Below are positions 12,619 to 22,769 of a stretch of 64,000 nucleotides of DNA, in pieces. The stretch comes from Thalia democratica (taxonomy: Eukaryota): the NCBI GenBank assembly GCA_965202585.1, contig OZ241834.1, forward strand, positions 9,858,001-9,922,000. Reading direction: 5' to 3'. The notes beneath the pieces are model-generated. The model made no database searches. It saw nothing but the letters and a program-made list of their open reading frames with translations, and had not been told where the DNA came from. The first letter of the stretch is position 1, and each line of letters begins with the position of its first letter. The position numbers were made by a program, and so were the translations under genes.

Positions 12619-15600
12619 ATGACTTCGAAATCATCGCAGAGTCGGTATGGCATCAATTCACGTCATAGCGAATCTACTTCCTCGAGAACTTCAAGGAGCG
12701 TGAGTTTTTGTTCATTTTGTGGGTGGCAATAACAATCTTTAATGTATAATTGCCAGTATCAAGTTGCACTGCAATTTTGAGAAGAATAGTAATCTGCCCG
12801 CTTATTATATGCTTGTAATTTGTTGTTTTGATTCTTGTGAGACGGTAGTTATATGTGACGTGTAACATTAAGTAAAAAACATTTTATTTTTAAGTCGTGA
12901 TTAGCTCAGGCTATATATAATTAAGAACGTCTGTGGCAATTTTAAGATGCATTTTGAGTTTTATTTTAATAAATTTTTCAAAGTCATACTTATTGGAAAA
13001 GATAAAAGTTGTCGAAATTTAAATAGCAAATTTCAACTTGTAGCATTTTACAGCTGACAAAAAATTACAAACAAAAAAAAGTTTAATTGTAAATTATTGA
13101 AACAAAAACAACGTTTTATTCAAACATGTAAACAATTTATTTAGATAATCTGATATAAATTAATCAAACTGAGTTAGCTAAAAGCCAAAAACTTAATTTT
13201 ACCGTCATAAGAAGTTATTATAAAGCTAAAATAAGTAAAACACTAATAATTTTTTTTTAATTTTATAAAAAATTTAAATTTTGTCTGTATAGAATAAAGA
13301 TAGACTAAACAATGTTTTATCAAAATGAGTTTTTACTGAATTGTTGTATTTATTAGAATGCGGACATGGTACACTCCAGTTACACTCGTTTAGTTGAAAA
13401 GATTCAGCGAGTTGAAGATGAAAACAAAAATCTGGTTAAGCTCGTTGAAAACTTGAAGGTTCAAAACGAAAAAGTAAGTAATGTTAATATGTTTGAAACA
13501 TTTTTAGTTATTTTCTAAAATATGTTAAACAACTTCCACACAACAAGAAACAAGACTAAAATGTTTAAATTTTTTCAAAGCTAGTTTTTATGTTTTATAC
13601 TTAATACAGTATAAAAACTAAATTGATCGAAAAGCGACTTAAACGTCATCAAAACAACTTGAATATTTTTTTAAATGCAGTAAAACGGGTTGTATTACTA
13701 AGATTATGAAATAAATTAATCAAATAGAAACGTAATTTTAACATTAACTTGACATTAGGGCGATTAAACTCATTTTAATGTACAATTTTCGAATACTTTA
13801 AATGCTTTAGAAAGTATTTTTTTTAAACATGTATAGGTTTGTATTTATAAATATCTTTTTTGTAGTACTGAACACTTTTTAATTGCAAATTAAATGAGTA
13901 TTTTGAATATAAATTTCAATGTAAATTAGGTGGAAACAGAAAAGATGCTTGTTGAAAAAGAAAGGGATGAACTATTTGATGAATGTGACATGTTGAGAAT
14001 CCAAGTGGAAGAACTTACCAACAAAAACAAACTAAACACAAAAAGTAAGAAATTTGCATACATCATATTATACTTATTAGTTATTGTACCTATTTAAATA
14101 GGTTGTAAAATAACATAATGAGAGTGTTAATATCAAAAACTAAATTTATTAAATTTAGTTGCTAAACTTAGTCAAGTAAAAAATAAATATAAAATAAATA
14201 AAAGTTAGTTAACTTTTTAGAAATATGGATCAAAGTTTTTTTTATTGTCTTTAATATAACTATACGTATATATAAAATAAAAGTAAGAGTTAAATATAAC
14301 CTAAAAGCTGTCTCATTAAACATTTATATACTTAATCTTAGACAAAGTTTTCACTAAAAAAGAAAGAATAAACTCTTCGAGTGAGCTGATACAAGAAAAC
14401 AAGGAGCTTAAAAGAAGCGAAACTTCGGCGAACTGGAAACAACTTGCTGAACAAACAGGTTATTATAATTGAAAATAAAATTCCGAATGTCAAAACCTAA
14501 CAAAAAGCTTAAAGTATATATATATATATGTGTATATATAAGCGTGATACAGGAGTTTTTCTGTTTTGTTTCAAATCAAAAGAATCAAAAGACGTGCCGA
14601 CAAGGTTAAAAACATTTTTGCTGGCAAACATTGAACAGGTTTTTGATCAAGTCGCAAGAAAAACACGCATGAAAGAAATCCCTTAAAAATGTCTTTTCTA
14701 CTTTTTCAGTTTCAGCTACTAAATAATCGCACGTAACGAATATCCAACTTTACCTTGCACTTGAGGTAATTTTACAATTTAGACTTTCAATTTCTCCTGT
14801 TAGTGTGGAATTCCTCACTCGTTATGTCATTTTCTTCGCCTAATTTCCATCTTAAGGCGCAAAAATTAAAAGACGTTTGTAATAAAAGAGCAAGGTAACT
14901 GTATAACTAAACAATTTATGTCATTTTGACATTTAACTGTTAAATTACTCCTGTAGTTAAGATTTGATATTTTTTTCATAAATGACTTTTTAGTTGTAAC
15001 TAGTAAAGTATTACGTAAACATTATAACTACTTTAAACTTATTTCGAAATTCTTTTTTTTATATATACCTTATACCAATAAAACATTAAACTAAATGTTT
15101 TCGATAAAATATACATGTTTATGCTCTTTAAAAAGTTGTTAACTACTTGAAAAACCAAACTAAAAATAAAAATAAACGAAATAGCTTTGAAAAAAAAATA
15201 ACATAATAATAAATACAAAACAAGATAAAAACGAAAACACAAAACATATTTTTAAAATTTATTGCAGGTATGCCAGACCAACTTATTGAGCAGCTTTTCA
15301 CGAAACTGGCTCCATTCCTCTCCCTCCTACTTTCCACTAAACCGGCAGAAAAGATTAATAAAACCGAAGTTAAACCCTCGGAAGACAAAACCGCAGAAGA
15401 AGATCTGAAGCATTCCGACTGTAGCGGGAAAATGAACTGCGAACCGCAGAGAACCGACGAGATGAAACCAAAGATGGCAGTGAAGGTGGCTGAAGATGTG
15501 GAGACAAACATCAAGAAGCAGGTGGAGAGCGAATCGGAAAGTGAAGAAGTTTTTCACGAAACAGAAGAACGTCCAATCAAAAGCAGGCAAAATTCGAGGT

Positions 15601-18600
15601 TCAAAAATCGAGGCTGGTCTTCGACGGAAATCGACAATGTTACAAGTAATTATAAATGATTTAATACTATTTATAAATTATTAGATAAACATTAAATATT
15701 ATCAAAAGTACTATAAAAATATAGCTATACTAAGTAGTTATCAAATAGTGTGTAATCAAACAGTTTCTAAACTCTAAAAACTTAGATATAAATTAGGTTT
15801 ATAAGTTTAAAAAAAAGTTAAAAAAAAATTTTATTTTGAAAAGTACCGATAAAATTTACTTAAAATATACTTTTTTAGTTGTGAATTTACTATGTATCTA
15901 GTTTTAAAAGTATCAGCTAATTTCAGATAACTTAAAAACATGTAAAAACCATGTTCCTACGATTTCTAGACGCTGTGATTTTTAAGTAAACGATTAGTTA
16001 AGATTATGTGATTTTAGTCAAAATTTTTACCAGATAACGTCATTAAAGCCTAATGATTATTTGCAAACACTTAAAAAAGCGTGTGACAGTTTTTATAAAT
16101 AAACCAATTGTCTTTTGCTCGGTATTACAGTTGTTTATCTTTGTTTACCAGATCTTATTTTTTTAAGCAAGATTCGTGTTTGGTGGTATTATTTTCCTGC
16201 CTTAAATTAAATAGTTTTTTATTTAGTTATTAGTTTATATTTTTTTAATTTTTACAAATTTTTATAAAATTCAGTAAGTATTCTTATAATTAGTGCTTTT
16301 AAAATAACCTTATGTCAGTCTTTAACTCTTAAACTAATAATCTATTGTAAATGTTCTGACGAAAGTTGATACATTTAAGTTTAGTATACTTAATATATTA
16401 ATATAAAGGGTACACAAACGGAGGTAAGATACTTGTCAAGGCGGAATCACAAAAGAGATGTGTGAACGTTGTGGTGGAAGCAGATGATGTTTCAAACAGA
16501 AATTCTTTCTACTCGAATAATTATTTAGTTGAAGAAGGTTACCAGCAAAACGAAAATCATCTAAACAAAGATGACGAAGTGTAAGTAAAGTTTTTTTAAG
16601 TTTTAACTATAGCTCAATCTTAAAATTATAACTATTTAAAATGTTTAGTATTTAAAATAAAATATTTAAATACTTTTTGAATTTGATAAAAAAAAATGTT
16701 TAGATTTGGTTTTTATTTTTTTATTAAACTAGAGATTAAAAAAAACAAGTCCTACAAAATATAGAGAAAAATTCAAGTAACTTAACTGCTTTATTTCATA
16801 CTAAAATGGTACTTTAAAATATTAAAAAAAATTATTTGATATTTTTCATAGTTTTGAAATAAGAATATTACTAAAATACATATGTAAACAAAATATGTAA
16901 AGGGTACACAAAAAATAAATTAACTGATCAATGATGTTTTTATAAAACAACATCAAAAAAATATTATAAAAACAGATATTATACTGAGGAGAGTTGTGAT
17001 GATGCATGTAATGATGAAGAAGAAGCGATAAGACTGCTGGGTAAGCATCAATAATAAATAAGCTAAAATTTGAACTACGACGCACCGTTTACAATGGCCA
17101 ATAAAAATAATGACGAGGTTTTATAGGCAAAATGTTAAAAGTTTTACTTACGTAAATAAAAAAATCACCTTATTCGAAAATTCAGAGTAAAAAACTTTGA
17201 TAAGAATAATATTGATATATAAAGTTCATAATAAAACTATTGACTAATATAGTTGTTTGAACCACTTTCTTCAAGAAAACTTTATAAATATTTAAGTATG
17301 TAGAAAAAAGGTTACTCAGATAACAAGTGTTCATTAGTGTGCTCAAGGCAACTAATAGTTCCTAACATAATCTGTAAATCGGACATAACTTAATTTATTA
17401 CACACAAAGTACTTTTCAAGGGCATGAATCATTGAAGCTGATTTTGCAAGATTTATGTTTTCTCGTTTATCAAAGTTTTACATTGATTTACGATACACAA
17501 AGCAAACAGATCAGATCTGATTTATGTGATTAAGTTAAACTTTTATTGCATTTAAAAAAATAATTGAAAAACTTATGAAGTATGAGTAATTTAAATTAAT
17601 TTATGAACTATTTAAACAAAATCATACAGGTATAGCTTAAGCCTAAAGTAACAAAAACGCTCTTTCATTTACATACTGTAACAATTTTTTTAAATTATAA
17701 ATAAAAGAAATAAATTTAACTAAGTTTGCAAGAAATTAATGTTTAAAATTTCAGACCAAAGTTATTCTCATTCAAGTGACATGGATGCATTCAAAAATTA
17801 CGCGACAATGGAAGAAATTAATTTGTGTCAAAAAAACATGATGCAGAGAGAAAATAAAAAAACAGAGTCTTTGCCAGTTGGGATGTTTTTGCAACAAGAT
17901 AACATGGTTAGTTTTTTTCTATGAACACAATTTTAAACCAAAAAAGTTTTTCTGTTTTTAGTTAAATTAGATGAGCTGGTAGTATTTTATTTATATATAC
18001 ATATTTTTTTCGAATTACAGTTTAAGCCGGTTTGCAGTTAAAAATCATGAATTAACAAGTATTTCTAAACTATGGTTTTATTGACATAGCTCGAAGAATC
18101 GAAAAATATTTACCTACATGAAAGAAAGGCGTTTTGAATTAAAAACTGAATTAACTCTTTTATTTTCAAAAAAAACCTTAAACTAAGCGTGAAATTTTCA
18201 CAGATGCAAGATTTCGACAATTTTGCAGTCGAGGACGACAACTGCAGTGAAGACAATTTCGTTTGTCCCCAGCAAAGTTTGTTTTTATTATTAAAATATA
18301 ATTATATCACTTTTTAAAATTGGGTTTTAAATATATTATCAAAAATTTTTTTTTACGCCATAAAATTGAATGTCTTGTTACAAACCAACAAACAATTCAT
18401 TGGTTTAATATTTCACTCAAAAATACTAAAAATAAGAAAAATGCAAGCTGCACAGCTAAATATAGCGTTCTTTTCACGTTTTTCAATACTTTTCATTCAT
18501 GAACTTTAAAAATGGTATTTAAGTAGTTTCATAAACTTTCTGAAAAATGTTTGAGTGCTGTAAACTTGACATAAACAACATGGAATATGATTGTGATGGG

Positions 18601-21600
18601 ATTGAATTAATTCAAAAACATTAAAAATATGCTGTTTAATGGTTATAAAGCTTTCCTAAGTTTTTAGCATAACAAATAAAAAATCAATTAAAAAGTTTTG
18701 TTTAATTAGTTCTATGAAGTCAAAAGAAAACTGTTTTGGTACCAAACTTGCATACTTAAGTGTTTTTTAATCTCATACGCATTATACTGTTTGCGGTTTT
18801 TTTTTTATTACTCTGATATATTTAACCACATATAGCTAGTAATTTACCAATTATGCATAAAATTTTAAAACGTGCAGACTAATTATACTAATTTGCAGAT
18901 TTTATGATGCACAAAGCATCGCAAGAAACGTCGAAAGTCACGTGCTACAACCCTGAAACAGGGGCCAAACAGCAGTTCAGCAAGTTTAACAACTACAACG
19001 ACGATTTGCAACACAGGAGAACACTCACTGAAAACTGTTAGTTCCTGCAACAATTTAAAAGCACATTATATCACAATGTCGCAACGTTAAATTCATTATC
19101 GGCATCAAAGCGAACTCGTGTGTTTACAAATAATGTCACGTAAACACAAACATTATTAAATTTCACAAACATTAAATTCACACCCTTATTGTTTTATGGC
19201 TTCAATTTAACACGCCTTGCGTTTCAAGTGCCGTGTAACGAGCACCTGACCGCACTAATTATTTTTGTAAAACTCTGAAACCCGACACTTTGTCAGTTAA
19301 CTTTGTTTACTGCTCATTACTAACAGGCGAAAGGGCGCCACTGAAACCACAAAGCGACTTCTACAAGAGGGAAATTCCCTTCGACTACCACCGGTCGGGG
19401 TCGTTCGACTTCAACATAATTCCTATCAACAAGGCAGTTTGCCCTAACCTGAATGGTGGTTCCCCGTCAGCGAGGGAAACAAAACCTCTGGCGCCGCTGC
19501 GCGGAAGCACAAGCTCCAAGTCGATCGTGGGAATAATGAAGTCCAAGTTCAGCAGGTTGTTAGAAATTAGTTGGAAGGATAAAATTGTTTAAGTTGTATA
19601 ATTTAATGATTTATTGTTTTAGATATGCAAATTGTTTTAGGAATATTGTTTATTTTGAAACTAATTTTACTATTTACCGGAAATTTATGATTGAAGTAAT
19701 TGCAAATTATGTTTTATGTTGAATTTGTACACGTATCATAAATTTTTAAAACTGTATACCATATATTTTTTACTTTTTTAAACTTTCAACGAAAGAAGTT
19801 CACCTAATATGTTGTAAGTTCCTAAATATTTTTTTTAGTTAAACAGTTTTATGTATTCTACCTTTTTTAGAACTATATCATGTAATTAATTTCAACCAAC
19901 ATTAACTTCAATTTTTACAACTGAATATATACTTATGGCAGTTAAAAAGCAAAGAATGTAAGCAAAAACCTACATTATTAAAGCCAAGTTAATCTTAATT
20001 CGAATTTTGTTCTTAGAGCATCTAAGGAAAAAACTAAAGACGCATCTAAAGAATTCACATCAAACAAGATTCCTGCTTCTAGTGGTTATGTCAAATCAAA
20101 GCCACCTATGGTTTCTAAAGTTAAGCTGACAAGCTGTAAGCCCTTACAGCAGGAAAAAATGTACCAGGAGGACAAAAGTTTGGTTGAAAATCGCGTAGCA
20201 GAAGGTAGTTGTTTGATCTCAAATTTAAATCAAAGCTTTAATACACACTTTCATTTTTTCAAACGTGTATATTAATCAAACTTTTAATATTACAAGCTAT
20301 GCTTTTAAATTACAATTGTTCTAGTTTGCTTGAAAACAGTGGTTTTAGTAACCTCCTTAACAATGAAAGCTGGATAATTGTAATAGTGTTTTAATCCTAA
20401 TTAAGATTATTTCAAAGGCACACAAGACGTGGAGGCACTGAGTGATGAGGGATTTGGTGAGAGCAGCACGATAGAGCGGATGGAGAAGGAGGGAACACTA
20501 ACACAGAACGCAGTTTCGCCCAAGAAGAAGCAAGATGAATATAAATACGTGGACAGATTATCGAGTTCTGCCCGGATAAATGAAGAAACTCCAGATAACA
20601 GTACGTAGAAAACTAATGTATTTCGTTGAGAATTAGTTTAATTAAAAAATTATGTTTTACTATTTAACAGATGAACGATGTAGCTGTAAACTATTTTTTT
20701 TTATTATAGCTAAATTCCATTTAAAAAAAAACTCTACAAAATGACATTCTAACAGGTAAACCGGCAAGAATAGTCAGTAAAGTGAAGGTTATAAAAAAGC
20801 AGTCCTTGTGTTCCAAACTATCGTCTCCTGCCAAACTGCAGCAAAAGCAAAACGGTAACAAAAGCATAGCTGTTATGAATCACAGAAAGATACCTTTGGT
20901 GGAAAGTCAACACTCGATTGACGCTTCGCGGCTGAATTTAATGCAGAAAGAAAAACAAGCAACTGTTTTGTCGAAAACAAAAGGAACCCAGCCTCTCTCG
21001 CCCAGGGGACTGATAAAGTAATAATTTGTTACTCAGTCAACAAAAATTAAAACATAATACTAAAAGTAAAACTATACTGAATAAAAAAATAAATCTAACT
21101 TTTACACTTCAAATATTTAAAAATATTAAAAAATGTTATACCGACTAAATGTTCTTTACCAAGCTAAATAAAATAATCCTAAAAAACTATTTAGACGAAT
21201 TGAATCGCCGTCTAAATCGATCAAACCGAAGCAGCAGCTCATCAGGCAATACAGCACACCGGTCAACGTTGCTGCTGATGACAAGAACAATAGAAACAGC
21301 AAAAAACCTCTTTTCATCTACAAGAGGCTCCCGTCCTCCTCTGCAATCCCCCTAAACAGCAACCAGCCGCTCAGGTCACCGAACTCACGACTTTCCTCGT
21401 CGCCTAGAACGCCAAACCAAGATTACAACGGGTTCCACGGCAGCCAGTACCGAAGGTTTTAAAATAAAAACTGAGTTTATTCTGTACATTGAGTTATTCT
21501 TAAGTTTTATGTTATCTTAAATTAAATAATTTAGAATATATGAAACACATAAATTTTTTTTATATTATATCTTATCTTACAAAATTCGGTGAAAAGTGCA

Positions 21601-21885
21601 AAACTTTTGTTCACTCTAAAAAACAAACAGTTTTTTTTATTTTAATAAACTTTGGTTGTAACAAGAGCTCTTTTGTTTTAAGAAGTGTATGAAAAGGAAT
21701 TAAGAAATATTATAAGAAATACAAAGACAAACAACTTGACTAAACATATTCGCAGGTCATCAATGTCGCCAGGAGAACAAAGCAAAAAATTTCCTTCTAC
21801 TTACAACGAAAGAAGCAAAACAAAAAAGCAACAATCATGTTTGTCCCCACCGACAAGAATATCCCGATTGAAAAAATCTACCTGA
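12619..21885 (+). CDS. Copy A of an unrecognised 16-exon gene, ~886 aa: Ser-rich N-terminus, coiled coil, long low-complexity tail
   Basis: Hand-joined exons: 12619-12699, 13357-13473, 13930-14044, 14342-14458, 15268-15645, 16409-16580, 16976-17040, 17755-17906, 18204-18276, 18899-19036, 19327-19555, 20017-20204, 20418-20600, 20756-21017, 21195-21455, 21756-21885. Total 2661 nt, every intron GT..AG, phases agree, no internal stop. Starts MTSKSSQSRYGINSRHSESTSSRTSRS|NADMVHSSYTRLVEKIQRVEDENKNLVKLVENLKVQNEK|VETEKMLVEKERDELFDECDMLRIQVEELTNKNKL and ends SRLKKST*. There is an in-frame stop just upstream of the ATG and an acceptor at 12577-12578. Several exons match the supplied ORF track. Confidence 0.85.
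14540..14900 (+). promoter_or_regulatory. Conserved intron-4 island ending in donor AAG|GTAACT (14895): candidate alternative first exon
   Basis: The donor is conserved at 32249 (B) and 53645 (C). The next exon opens with GT-ATG. Confidence 0.4.
15940..16200. promoter_or_regulatory. Highly conserved intron-5 element
   Basis: ~90 bp nearly invariant in all copies (B ~31100-31200, C ~52530-52620). Confidence 0.4.
17421..17525 (+). CDS. Candidate extra or cassette exon 7b, copy A (GHESLKLILQDLCFLVYQSFTLIYDTQSKQIRSDL)
   Basis: ttttcaAG|...|GTgatt, 105 nt, phase 1-1 matching exons 7 and 8. Open in all three copies. Confidence 0.6.
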
Positions 21886-21929
21886 TTTTAATTTGTTTTC
21901 TTTTTTTATTTACTTTTAATTTTTTGTGT

Positions 21930-21935
21930 AATAAA
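21930..21935 (+). terminator. Polyadenylation signal AATAAA ~45 nt after the stop
   Basis: gtAATAAAca context is conserved after the stop in B (~25625) and C (~47065), preceded by a U-rich tract. Confidence 0.45.
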
Positions 21936-22769
21936 CAATATAAGTACTAGTGAAGCTGGTTTTTTTAAATGTATAGCTGAACTATTTATACTTTTTATTT
22001 TCTCAATCATGCCTAAGATGTTTATATAACTTGCACTTTTTGAAAAGCGACTATTGGACTAATCTTTAATTACTACTATGACTAGCTCGCTCAATAACTG
22101 AAAAACCAAATACGAATATAAATATTAGTTTCACTTCATGTTGCTTAATACTTCAAGAAATTTCCGAAATTAGCATTTAAAAATTAAATTATTTTGATGG
22201 AAACTATATGTGGCATCATGAATAATAAAAGCGTATCCATATTTTCCTGAAGAATTAAATTTTAAAACAGATAAAGTAGAATTTAAACAAGAGAGATTTA
22301 ACATAGCTGCAACTTTACTGCAAGATGGAGGTTATTTGATTCTAAATATTTCACTTTCACAACTTGTGTTTTAACTTATTTATTATATTATATCAAAAAA
22401 CTAAAAACAAACATTTCACAGTCTATAACAAAATAATTTGCTCGAACAATACTGCTCCAGCCAGAAACAGTATTGGAAAAGTGCTTTGGGTTAGTTTGAT
22501 AGTATAGACTTACTATTTAAAACTTAGAAAGTTCTTTTCAATAAAAACTATCTGCTAGTTTTATATACTAGTAGTTTTCATTAGTCAGTTTTAAATAGTG
22601 GTAGAGTTTTAAACAGTATGATAATACAACAGATCAGTTGCAGCACTTGTTAAAGGAACTACCATTTTACTTGTCTGGGCTACATACCGTATTAATTTGA
22701 GGCAATAAATAAGAGCTCTTATTGTTGTAGCTAATGTAATTATGTTAACTATTAACTTTTTAGTTTTGT

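Noticed and set aside
12674-12868. Antisense 64 aa ORF over exon 1 and intron 1, open for ~62 codons in all copies
   Set aside because: The ATG is out of frame in B and C, there is no conserved acceptor, and the synonymous excess is weak.
13357-14044. Assigning the coiled coil to a named family (e.g. NCKAP5- or IQCE-like)
   Set aside because: Only generic heptad similarity. I cannot support a gene symbol without a profile search.
14710-14766. Possible poison exon in intron 4 (tttcAG...GAG|GTAATT)
   Set aside because: The donor is lost in copy B (GAGCTA). The island is better explained by the downstream conserved donor.
15143-15684. Overlapping antisense and alternate-frame ORFs on exon 5 (and equivalents in B and C)
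   Set aside because: They are shadows of a GC-richer real exon.
18320-18502. ~60 aa ORFs in intron 9 of all three copies
   Set aside because: They are in different frames between copies and lack a conserved flanking AG/GT.
21886-21935. CPE-like UUUUAAU motifs before AAUAAA
   Set aside because: Expected by chance at this AT content, and not kept in copy C.
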